Assembly (NCBI GenBank): GCA_964016885.1
Contig: OZ024742.1
Coordinates: 280,364,001 to 280,428,000 of the forward strand
Origin: Eledone cirrhosa
Taxonomy: Eukaryota
Direction of reading: 5' to 3'
Length of the DNA stretch: 64,000 nucleotides
The position numbers were made by a program, and so were the translations under genes. Shown piece by piece: positions 45,211 to 57,192 of the stretch; position 1 is the stretch's first letter, and each line of letters begins with the position of its first letter. The notes below the pieces were generated by a model. The model worked only from the letters and a program-made list of their open reading frames with translations. It ran no database searches and was not told the origin of the DNA.

Positions 45211-45299
45211 TTTTTTATACTTATATACTATATACAATTATAAACATTCATTACCACCTTATTACAAGAGTATATATCTGGTGGCAAAGAAAAAGAAAG

Positions 45300-45335
<36 letters not shown>

Positions 45336-46321
45336 ATAAGGGCATATGGCTGTGAATGCATTGTTTTTCTATTCATTCAATTAGGCCGGTTGATTTTTAT
45401 AAAAAGAAGAAAGTAAAAACTACAACAAAAAATTGTAAAACACAGATAAAGCAAACACAAACAAAAACACTACAATATAAAAGAAAGACTACAGATTATT
45501 AAACTAATATCAAATAATTAGATAGAGCTAATGTTTGAAATAAAAACATTGTGAACCAATGTTAAACGACAATTATTACTGGACGGCGGCTTTTGTGTCT
45601 ATTTTATTTTAATTTTATATTGGTGTGTTTCCTTGATTTCTTCAGAAATCAAGAATTAATTGTAATTCAAAACACTTTCTTGTTTCTCGCTATTAATTTT
45701 CTTATTGTATTGTTTAAAACTCGTTACCAAGGAAAAGCAGACAGTTTATTCGCTAGTAATTCTATTTAAAGGCAATGGTCGCAATCATCAATTAAATCTT
45801 GGCCTCGAGGAAAAACAAAAACCTTTTGCAATTTATTATTTCATTGAAGAGAAAAATATTTTAAAAAAAGTTAGAAATAAAATCAACAACAACAATGACA
45901 ATATTATTAACGACAATAACAAAAGAAATTAACAATATAATATTGTCATATCAGAATTCATCATTATTGACCCAAAGATGAAAAGAAGAGAAAACAAGTT
46001 TCGAATCTAATCGAGACTGAAGAGTGCTTAAGAAGATTCATTCATTCATTCATACATTCATTCATACATACAATCATACATACATACATACATAAATGCA
46101 TGCATACATATATACGTACGTGTTTACATACATACACATATACAAACTAAGACAGACGCACATACATTCACACATACGCCCACCCATACACATACATTCA
46201 AACACAAAAGCGGGTCCCACTTATATAAATACCAATGAAAGTTGGACATGACTGATGAAGGACTAATTTTATACATATGTAACCCATGTGCAACAACGCA
46301 GCGCCCCATTTTTCTCATATT

Positions 46322-46357
<36 letters not shown>

Positions 46358-46358
<1 letters not shown>

Positions 46359-46660
46359 TCAGGTTTGAGGTTCACCACTGTATGGAGCTGGTCTATTCCG
46401 TATGGTCAATCGTAATGCAATAATATAGAGAGTATTAACGTAAGGCAGATCAACCGTCTTTGTTTTTGTAGTTGGTGGTGCTATTACGGAGTTAAATATT
46501 ATAATGAAATGACAGGAGGCTGGATTTGTGTAAATCCTTGAAAGGTTTATTATACTATGATCATTTCAATGACCGGGTTTCGTATGAATCCGGTGATATC
46601 ATCAGGTATTCGAAATATAATACGTGAATGTAATAGATAAAATCCATGGGGCTGAAAATC
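46358..46660 (-). mobile_element. Family-D short element containing an intact HHR
   Basis: Homologous to 39720-40020; ends at a (TA)n tract. Confidence 0.8.
46552..46609 (-). ncRNA. Type I hammerhead motif with palindromic stem III
   Basis: Minus strand: ATAC CTGATGA tatc ACCGG attcatacgaaac CCGGT catt GAAA TGATCA TA GTAT. Confidence 0.75.
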
Positions 46661-46799
46661 GAGGACCGGAGGGCGACCGCTATTCTGTTCCTTCAACCTC
46701 AAGGTGCACTATTGGTTGTGTAAAACGATCCAAAACATTTTTGTTAGAAATATTAAGTTCTCCACGCTTTTGTATATCTCCAATTCCATTCAAGGGAAC

Positions 46800-47015
46800 A
46801 GCTAGATGATGTAAAACGGAGTATTAGTGTATCAATATGAAAATCCGAAGGCAAGGTAAAATTTCCAATAATTTTAATCACGACACATGTTTCAATAATG
46901 TTCACTCACAGAGTTTATTCCCTCATATGAGGGAATAAACCGTACGTCGACTCTATCTTGTGTAGTAATTAACCATTACTGCATTCAGGTTAATCCTAAG
47001 CATTTCTTGCATAAC

Positions 47016-47021
<6 letters not shown>
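46800..47021. repeat. Composite: internally deleted long-tail copy of the 47572 family plus an inverted copy of 48992-49072
   Basis: 46836-46897 matches 47575-47636; 46897-46940 matches 47733-47777; 46940-47021 is the reverse complement of 48992-49072. Confidence 0.85.
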
Positions 47022-47084
<63 letters not shown>

Positions 47085-47201
47085 CAAGATAAGCAGAACA
47101 AGTAAAATTCAATCAATTTTTCAAAATAAATCAAAATTAATATACAATCAAAATTAATCAAAATTAAAAAATATAATATAAATATTTACCTATTCTAATG
47201 G

Positions 47202-47279
47202 CCCTAACTGTACAGTTTCACGGTGCAAAACATTAAATATCACCAGGATATTAATGGAAAAGCAACGATCATCAGAGAA
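47202..47279 (-). ncRNA. Type I hammerhead motif with long stem II and palindromic stem III
   Basis: Minus strand: TTCT CTGATGA t CG t TGC...ATTAATATC ctggt GATATTTAAT...GCA c CG t GAAA CTGTACAG TT AGGG. Confidence 0.7.
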
Positions 47280-47505
47280 GCATTTTCCTGTCCTAGGGTT
47301 AAAAACCCCTGGAACGACAAAATATATGACCTCACTCCAACTAATACAGGTCTAAAAGGTCGTGAAAGTGATAGTGAAGGCGGGAAATCGTAGACTCGCC
47401 GGCTATAGCTCGCCACTAAAAAAAATTTTTAGTAACTAAATATAACGACAATTTGTATCTCTACATATGGAGATTATTGAAAAAGGTTAATATATATCTG
47501 AGGGT

Positions 47506-47571
<66 letters not shown>

Positions 47572-47572
<1 letters not shown>

Positions 47573-47955
47573 AAATGAAAATCCGAAGGCAAGGTAAAAT
47601 TTCCAATCATTTTAATCACGACACATATTTCAATAAGAGATAGATCGATCGTGAAGACATGATCCATTATCACTGATCTCATCAGGTGAACATGAATTGT
47701 CTTCAAATTCTTGATATAAGGGAGAAAATTAGCAATGTTCACTCACAGAGTTTATTCCCTCATATGAGGGAATAAACTCTGTGAGTGAACATTGCTAATT
47801 TTCTCCTTCATATCAAGAATCTGAAGACAATTCGTTGTTACCGGATGAGATCAGTGAGAATCGATCATGGCTTCACGATCGATCTATCTCTTATTGAAAT
47901 ATGTGTCGTGATTAAAATGATTGGAAATTTTACCTTGCCTTCGAATTTTCATTTT

Positions 47956-47956
<1 letters not shown>
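47572..47956. mobile_element. Spacerless palindrome (~192 bp arms, centre CATATG 47761-47766) with an HHR in each arm
   Basis: Arms are reverse-complementary with scattered substitutions; flanked by (TA)n on both sides. Confidence 0.92.
47616..47689 (-). ncRNA. Type I hammerhead motif; mirror copy at 47838-47911(+) has a CGGATGA core mutation
   Basis: Minus strand: TCAC CTGATGA GAT...ATT GAAA TATGTG TC GTGA. The third copy at ~46877-46893 reads GAAA CATGTG TC GTGA. Confidence 0.65.
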
Positions 47957-47987
<31 letters not shown>

Positions 47988-47992
<5 letters not shown>

Positions 47993-48901
47993 TTTAGTAC
48001 AGCATTGACGAAGCTTTAGTATACGGCCAAGCTAGCGTCTATGCATAATCGGTCTGTAGCTTTAGCACTCGGATGAGGTAAGACCCCAGAGTAATAACAT
48101 TACGTTCAGACAGCTTAGCAAATCAGATATAGCAGTCAGCAGTCCAACCGCATTACCAGAGCAAAGAAAATACATGATCCAGGAAAAGATGTTATTCTGA
48201 CCTGGACATAACGGTGAGGCTGAGTGTAAAATATGTAACTTACATCGCATATCCACAATATAGATCACAATATCACATCCAACATCAGCGCTAAGTTTCT
48301 GCAAATCCAAGATCGACAAATTCCTATTGCAGGAGTCTGCAATATAATGGGTTTTGACGACAGAACATAGGATTTACTTCTTCAGCAAGTCTTTCGTTCT
48401 TAGCCAAAGCAGGTATGTTGTAACTTTAAAGGTCGCCACAGATACGTGGTTTTCTCCAAGGGAGGTAACCCCCGCTTAGGCGGTGTATTCTAATTTGAGG
48501 TAACGGAATGAATCCCCTTATACAAACCGAATAAAGCACTCGACTAAAAGTTATCAAACAAACTTAAACAATTAATCAATCAATAGAAACATCCAATTAA
48601 ATTAATCAGTTAATCGTTAATTCTAGGAGTAAATATAAATTTTAGCACAGCATTGACGAAGCTTTAGTATACGGCCAAGCTAGCGCATATGCATAATCGG
48701 TCTGTAGCTTTATCACTCGGATGAGGTAAGACCCCAGAGTAATAACATTACGTTCAGACAGCTTAGAAAATCAGATATAGCAGTCGGCAGTCCAACCGCA
48801 TTACCAGAGCAACGAAAATACATGACCCAGGAAAAGATTTTATTCTGACCTGGACATAACGGTGAGGCTGAGTGTAAAATATATAACTTAAATCGTATAT
48901 C

Positions 48902-48905
<4 letters not shown>
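47988..48905. repeat. 1.4 units of a 648 bp direct repeat between (TA)n tracts
   Basis: 47988-48257 is similar to 48636-48905. Confidence 0.9.
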
Positions 48906-48991
<86 letters not shown>

Positions 48992-48996
<5 letters not shown>

Positions 48997-50640
48997 GTTA
49001 TGCAAGAAATGCTTAGGATTATCCTGAATGCAGTAAGGGTTAATTACTACACTAGATAGAGTCGACGTACGGTGAGGGGTTACTCAATGAGTTACAAAAG
49101 AACAGTTGAGGAAACTTGGTTTCCGATTCTTCTATATTCCGGAGAATGATCAATAAAACAGGTAGACATCATAAAAAGGTAATTTATTCCAAGTGTTATG
49201 CCCATCTGTGTCTAAAATATTTTGTTTTGTAGTGTTGTTTAATAATCGCTTTAAGTTAAGTTTTTTCATGTGTGCTTCTTGGTTTGGTGCAGTGAGTATG
49301 ATAGCTTAACAGTCTTAGAGTTTAGAATTTTACTGTATTTATGGGAATTAGGGAAATGCTTGTTAATTCACTTAAAGAATAAAAGAGGTAGTTTTGTACT
49401 AATCGAAGCATTAACAATGGGATTATACCAGACATAATTCCTACAACGTAATTTATTTGAGTTTGGTGATCATTTTCTATTATTAGTATGTCTGGTGCTA
49501 CTGCGTGTGTGAGTTTGTATGCCTGTGTCTCAGTTACATATTCTTCGATTCCGTGTGTTGCTATGTGTGCTCTGGTGATTCTTATCAATGTATTCTATTT
49601 TATCCTGGTGGTTAACATTCCCCAGTGCGTTATTATAGTATTCTGCATGTTCGCTGAAAATCTGAGAGTTAGACGATAGGCGAGAGATTCTAAGAGAAAT
49701 ACTACGAGGAACCGATTTAATCATGGAAAGTGGGTGATTCGATTGGTAATTAATATAGGTAAGGTTCTCATTTATCTTGTGGAAGGGTCGTATCAATCCT
49801 ATGTTCAAATTAAGAGTTACGTCTAGAAAATCCGCTTCTTAACTTAAAGCGATTATTAAACAACACTACAAAACAAAATATTTTAGACACAGATGGGCAT
49901 AACGTAATATCAACTTCCCAACCACCAAATGGGAGACAAGTATTACACAACCCACATGTACTCTTATCCCAACCTATCCATGGTACAGTTGTTACCCATA
50001 ACAAAAAACTATAACTGCTACCTACCCGAGAGATGCCCATTGAAGAATAAATGCCTGGAGTCCAACATTGTTTATCAATGCACTGTCGAATCAAACGACG
50101 AGAAATTTTATTACGTCGGGTCTACCACTACCTACTTTAAATCACGCTGGTATCGTCATCGAGGTTCGATTAAACATCTTGAACACCGTTATGTAACTAC
50201 ACTCGCTAATAAGACCTGACAACTCCGTGAATACAACCGGCAGTTAACCCTAAAATGGGATAAATTATCCAGCGCTAGTGCATAACGGAGTGGATTAAAA
50301 TACTGCAGATTATGCAACCTTGAACTTTTTTATATCTTGAAAACAATTTACTAAATGACAGAATCGAACGATCGTTATACTGCAACCACAAACTGAAGGC
50401 TAAATTTTCTCACTATAAAAGTAACTTAACATAATTTGAACCCGAGACTATTACACCACTTTCTCGCTAACTAATTTCACTCAATTCTTACTCCCTAACT
50501 ATACCCCCCCCCCCACACACACACTACTAACCAGTACCTTGCTTATCGTAATAAATGGATAGTTAAGTACGATCAGCAAACTACAACTATCAACTCGGTT
50601 TATATCGCCTTTCCTTCCCCTTCTCTTAACTTTTCTCTGT

Positions 50641-50710
<70 letters not shown>

Positions 50711-51172
50711 CCATCTTCTCTACATCTATTAACCTGCTCTCTGTAGCAATAAATAATTCCAAACTTGATAATACAACACAATGCCTAAGTTGTCAATTTG
50801 ATAGTAAGCAGTATAATAAAACCACTTGTTGGACCCCTATCACAACATTTAGATTAAGGTATCTGTATTCTTTAAACCACTCTCTCCCATTTCTCCTACC
50901 CCTACATCTCTCTCTCTCTCCCCCTCCCTTCGTTCGCTCTTCCTTTTCTACTCTTTCTTCCACAATTACTCCCTTTAAGAAATATAAAGAAACCATGATT
51001 CAGCCATTCGTTCTGAGGATTTGGTGGTGCGAACAGCTTTAAAAATTGAGTATCTGCCAATTAATAACTACCAATTAGCATATAGCATGACTAGGCTGTG
51101 TAAATACTAAAGACACATTTGTAAACACTTGGAATACATTACCTTTTTATGATGTCTACCTGTTTTATTAAT
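48992..51172. mobile_element. Penelope-like element (Naiad-type) with inverted architecture
   Basis: Minus ORF 49530-49808 (YINYQSNHPLSMIKSVPRSISLRISRLSS, RT thumb). Plus ORF 49929-50219 (YNCYLPERCPLKNKCLESNIVYQC...YYVGST...FKSRWYRH, GIY-YIG). 49195-49260 is the reverse complement of 49837-49902, and 49150-49197 of 51124-51171. Confidence 0.85.
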
Positions 51173-51179
51173 AATTATT

Positions 51180-51253
<74 letters not shown>

Positions 51254-51254
51254 C

Positions 51255-51320
<66 letters not shown>

Positions 51321-51897
51321 TTGTGTATATACATATATATATATAACACATGCACACACACACACACACATACACAAACATTCGAATTAATTGGTCTTTC
51401 TCTTTTATTGTTCTCTATACGATCCTGCAAGGCTTCGGTTCGAAGAATTTTTTTGATCTTTCATTTTAAAATTTGTCTCGACAGAAATAATTACCAGTAT
51501 CATCCTCGGGTAGCAATTTAATCGTTTATATTCTACAACCTTCTACGTTTTCCATTCTTCTTCACGTCTAATTATTAGGCATTATGTTTAATTATTTTCA
51601 ACCGCTTATTAACTGAGACTATAGAAATATAGACATAGAAAGTCAATGGTGAATGAGAGCTTCACAAACTCTCATATACACATGCATACACAAACCCATC
51701 ATAGTCATATGTATATCACGTTATTACTATATGTATGTATGATTGTATGTATATATCCATGTATGTATGTATGTATGTATGTATGTATGTATGTATGTAT
51801 GTATATATGTATTTAAGTATATATGTATGTATCTGTGTATATGTATATATATATAAATATATTCATATGCATATATCTATATATGTATGTATGTATG

Positions 51898-51961
<64 letters not shown>

Positions 51962-52853
51962 GTATATATATATATATGTATATATATGGGTGTGTCTGTG
52001 TGAGGATGAGTGTGTGAGTGTGTATGTCTGTGTGTACTATATACATTTTCTATCATATTTCCGCTATTATGTAATATTGAAGTTTAATTTTATCACAAAA
52101 ACTTATCCATTTGTATTTTATGCACACAATTCGAAAAAACTCATACACGCACACACAGACACATATACACCTAACACACAAACAAACACACACATGCGCA
52201 TACGCACAACACACACACATATATACATATATATACATATATATATATGTATATATATTTACATATGTGTGAGTAATAAAGGAAGGTATATTTTGCTATA
52301 TACTCATTACTATTCAAACACATTTCCTACAGCTATTATCTTTGTTCTGCCGAAGAAAAAAGAGAATCTACAGTGTGAATTATATATTATATATCGAATT
52401 ATAAAGAAATCTATTTATCGAATTATATAACAACTGGTTACTGCGACGTATAAATCAAAGAATTCCATACCAGTGTTATTGTATATTGTTTATGTCATTT
52501 CAATAGGTGTGAATGCAATATTTGATGTGGTAGCGCGTAACGTCAGTTTCATCAATACAAGAAAGTAATGTAATATAATATCAGAGCCTATTTTAGAGTA
52601 CAAAGTCCGTTGCTTTTGTTGTTCTTGCTGCTGTTATAGTTGTCGTCGCTATTGTTTTAGTTGTCGATATATTTTGTTGTAATATTGTTCATATTTCATC
52701 AGAAAAATGTTCAAAGATATTCTCTAACTTTTGACTTCTTATTAAATATTATCCAATGTAGAGTGACCTTAGATAAATGTTTTGGTGTTATATTTACTAA
52801 ATTCCTACGCTGAATAATAAGGGTTTTATTGATAGACACGATACCTTATACAA

Positions 52854-52918
<65 letters not shown>

Positions 52919-53002
52919 TTTGCTCTACGGTTCTTATATATTTGATATATATTTATCCTTATCGAGCCCTCTTTGGATTTTAGTCTTCAAATTGATTATT
53001 AT

Positions 53003-53059
<57 letters not shown>

Positions 53060-53554
53060 CAGAAGGGATATACAATTTGTTGGTAATTCAACAAATATAA
53101 ATGTTTATAATTGATCCAGAGCACTCTACAAGTTTTCTGGAGTATGATATATATATATATATTTATATTTATATATATACAGTATATGTGTAGTTAAACA
53201 TTTTTTTTTTTTAATTTCTCCTTAAAAAATTGTTTCATTTTGTTTTTTTGGTTTGTTGTCTTATCCTCTCTTTGTTTACATTCTTTCATTTGTATATACA
53301 CATACTCACAGACACACTCTCACACACACACACACGCACACATATATATATATACACACATACACACATTATTATTTTATTGTATCTTAGAGATGAATCT
53401 TAGTATTTATAGTTTTATCTGATGATCACAAGACAATGTATGTACGTATGTATGTTTGTTTGTAAGAATGTATGTATGTGTATATGTGTCTATGTATGTG
53501 TATATGTATGTATGTATGATGCATGCATGTATGAATGTATGAATGTATGTATGT

Positions 53555-54720
53555 GGATTTCCCGTGGACAGTGGTGCAGTGGACATGATGTTTTCTGCCA
53601 GACAGCTCCAGGAAAAGAGTATTGAAACAAGGTTACATCGCTTTCAAGTGTTCATTAACCTGGTAAAGGCATTTGGCACAGATAATAGAGAAGCTCTTTG
53701 GAAAATACTTGTAAACATTGGGACAAAATGTTGATAACCACGCACCAGTGATTTGAGGTAACGAAAGCCTTTGTGAATATTGATTGAAATGTGTCAGAAG
53801 CTATTGCTGCAAGGAAGGGCCTCAAACAGGTGATATAACAGCACCGACACTCTTTACATTGTTCTCTGCAGTTCTTTTTTTAACGGCATTTAAAGACTGT
53901 CGACATGGAATATTCATCAGGTTTCGTACATATGGGAAGCTTACAACATACGAAGCTCATGTATTCAATGTTGAGGGATATTCTCTATGTAGATGACTGC
54001 AATATTTTTGCTGACGCGTGGAGAGATATGCAGAATCTACTGAACGTCTTCAGCAATGCATGTTCTGCCCTTGGTTTAACAATTAGATTGAAAAAAAATG
54101 TGGCCATTTACTAGCCAGCACCAGGAAAAGCATACGTAGAACCAAACATAAAAGTGTATGGTCAGGAACTCTAGATTTATCCTGGCAGTACTGTAAGCGT
54201 GCGGTGCATTCTTGACAATGAAATATCATCAAGAATCAGCAGAGCTAGTGACGCCTTCGGAATGCTGGAGAAACGATTATTGTTTCACCAAGGTATCTCT
54301 ATTTATACTATATTTACTGTATTCTTGTGAGACGTGGGTTACTTACAGGAAAAATCTAAAGCAGCCTGGGGGCCTTCAACCAGCTGGAGTGCCATCGTCG
54401 AATCTTGGATCTACACTCACTGCATGTGAGCGATGTTGAGAACCTTGAAAGATGTCACTGTCAGAGAATCGAGCCAATTATCATGCAATACCGTTTCCGA
54501 TTGGTAGGATATGTGAGAATGGAGTACTCTAGGTTTCCCAAACAACTCATTATTGTGAGCTGAAGGATGGCTCATATTCACTTGATAAACTTAAGAATAA
54601 GTTCAAAAGGTGTGTGAAAACATCTCTGATGGAAGCTGGTATCTCGAACGGAGGTGGGGAATAAGCTGCCAGGCATAGAACTCCTTGACGTGAAAGTATA
54701 CTTTGAAAGTGAAAGTATAC
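53555..54720 (+). mobile_element. Decayed RTE (BovB-like) LINE, RT and 3' portion
   Basis: CGFP....VDMMFSARQLQEKSIE...FINLVKAF...REALWKIL; QTGDITAPTLFTLF; LYVDDC; LLYSCETW. Confidence 0.85.
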
Positions 54721-54744
54721 TTTGAAACAACCTAAAGAAATACT

Positions 54745-54945
54745 GTTCTATATTTTTGAGATGAGGAATTATTTACATTATATACATTGGTCGGATAGGT
54801 GCCCTCATCTTATTTTGTTGTTAACACAACGTTTCGGCTGATGTATCCTCCAGCCTTCATCAGGTGTCCTAGTGATGTTATTATTGACGTTTGTTCAGGT
54901 CACTGCCTCGAATTGAATTCGGAATCTTGAGATTAGTAGCCCGCT
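54745..54945 (-). mobile_element. SINE-like element: tRNA-like 5' head joined to a hammerhead-containing 3' part
   Basis: Minus strand: GCGGGCTACTAATCTCAAGATTCCGAATTCAATTCGAGGCAGTGACC (anticodon/T-arm-like, degenerate B box), ~25 nt linker, then HHR. The A box is lost in the (CT)n tract. Confidence 0.6.
54823..54868 (-). ncRNA. Minimal type I hammerhead motif (dimer-type, palindromic ACGT stem III)
   Basis: Minus strand: GACAC CTGATGA a GGCTG gaggatacat CAGCC GAA ACGT T GTGTT. Confidence 0.85.
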
Positions 54946-54959
54946 CTCTCTCTCTCTAT

Positions 54960-55100
<141 letters not shown>

Positions 55101-55101
55101 T

Positions 55102-55291
55102 GAACAAGTATGACCCCGACGGCAGAGCTCAAGCCGTTTCGACGGCTATGTTTGGACTAAAATACCCGTCGAAACGGCTTGAGCTCTGCCGTCGGGGTCA
55201 TACTTGTTCCTATTACCCACTCTACTACAATAAGTATTGAGTACTTTGGTGCGTTATGGTCCATCTGGTTCCTTACCAGAATTTCTTCGTT
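55102..55291 (+). mobile_element. Family-B fold-back element: perfect 44 bp arms, hammerhead 3' half, ~80 nt tail
   Basis: 55102-55145 is the exact reverse complement of 55166-55209; GAAA CGGC ttgagctct GCCG TC GGGGTC at 55171-55199. Confidence 0.9.
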
Positions 55292-55325
55292 ATATATATA
55301 TATGCATATCCATTAAACGCAAACG

Positions 55326-55415
<90 letters not shown>

Positions 55416-55596
55416 CAATCTAGCTGTCGTCTGTTCTACAGTGTGGATGTAATTCACTTCGCGCAGAAGTTTTGTTACTAACACCACAAACAAAGACACA
55501 ACAAACACAAAAATAACATTTGAAAATAACACCATAACAGAAAGCAAAGCAGACGACAGAGTCAAGAATTCATTTGCACAAACAACAAAGAAATCT

Positions 55597-57159
55597 TTGA
55601 CATATGTACCCGAAAATATTTCAGATGTGGCACGAAGAATCACAGACGCCAAACAATACATAAGTGAAGGAGAGAATGGTATTTTATCGGTAAAAATGCC
55701 TCAAGAACTCACCAAAGACATTGAAAGTAGAACGGTCGTGTTACGCACCATCAACAACACTTCAAAAAAACCTGAACAGCATTCTCAAGCAGATATCAAA
55801 ACAGTACTCACAGAAGTCCTTAATGAAACCACTTTCATAAGAAAAGACAGACTGTATGGAAGACTAGCAATTATCATGAAGAACGAATCGGCGGCAAAAA
55901 AATGTGCTTTGTCACCGATTCGTTCGAAAAATTTTACCTTTTATCCATCTTATATGGGTAAAAGAACTCAACGCATATGGCTGGATGCAATGATGCCAGA
56001 TGTGGACTACTGCTGGCTCATAGCTGGCTTCATCGATCCAGTGAATGACAACGTTATTTCCATTGGGAAAACCACAGGCAATGCGTTCAGTGGAACATGT
56101 ATAGTGCTGGTAGTGCAAATGAATCCTGAACGCATCGCCTAAATACCCGACAGAATCCTATTAGAGGGCCACAAGTATATAAACATTAGCGTGGAGGGGA
56201 GAAGGCCGTCCTGCCATATCTGTGCAGGCAGAGGGCACCTGAAGGCCGCTTGTCCCCAACTCAACAAAAAGAAAACCCTGCTACCAACACCAGCTCCACC
56301 ACCACCACCACAACAGATAAACAAACAACAAAACTCAGTCCCACCCAACACGTCCCTCAGTAAAACCACACCACCACCACAACACAAACAGTCACAACAC
56401 ATTACCCCAAAACAAAATACAGGCCCACCCAACCCCTCACTCAATAAAACAACACAACCACCGCAGACACAACACACAACACAGTCTAACATAGTGACAT
56501 CCATCTCTCCCACAAAGAAAACCAACACGGAAACATTACCAGCAAACATACCTCTTCCCTCCAACACTGAAGATAACCCAACGAATTCGGAGGAAGAAAC
56601 GGAGTCCTTCAGACAGATTAAAAGGAAAAAAAGAAAACATGTGCAAAACACACAAGGCCAAAAAATCCCCACCCAAATCTCAACACAACCCAACAAAACA
56701 GAAAACACCCCTCCAGCAACAAACAAAACCAAACTTGCCCCTCCCCTCTTCGAAACACTCACACCATCCGAAAAAAAGACATTACACTATACTTACATCA
56801 ACAGAAACAATAATAAATTAAATGAACTCATAAACAATAATCCTTCGGTACAAACCGAAGGTGTAAACTTTGTTTCTTCAGAAAACTACCCACATTTAAA
56901 ATTAATAAAGATCCCAATGAACCTCTACCAAAAACTAAAAAAGGATTTTAAGGATGACGTAGGACGACCCTCTGTCAAACCCATAAACCGCGTCCTACTA
57001 AAAAGCTTTCCCCCTCCCCTTCCCCTCCCCAACACAACTCCAAACACCCCAACCCCACCACACACTGACGACCCCACACCACCACAAGACACCCCTTCAC
57101 CCAACACCCCCGACCCCATGGAAGTCGTGCAACCCGAACCCGGGGAAGCGGAAAGGTAG
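55597..57159 (+). pseudogene. LINE ORF1 (gag-like, CCHC knuckle, Pro/Thr-rich tail) with one in-frame stop
   Basis: ORFs 55597-56142 and 56191-57159 are in the same frame; CHICAGRGHLKAAC; homologous to the 43387-44307 ORFs. Confidence 0.85.
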
Positions 57160-57192
57160 GTCTCTACACTCTCCTTTGGCTCTGCTGCCCAC

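Noticed and set aside
51010-51130. HHR for the Naiad-type element (GTT-CTGAGGA...CACATTTG-TA-AAC)
   Set aside because: GAAA is missing and stem II cannot be defined; too degenerate to call
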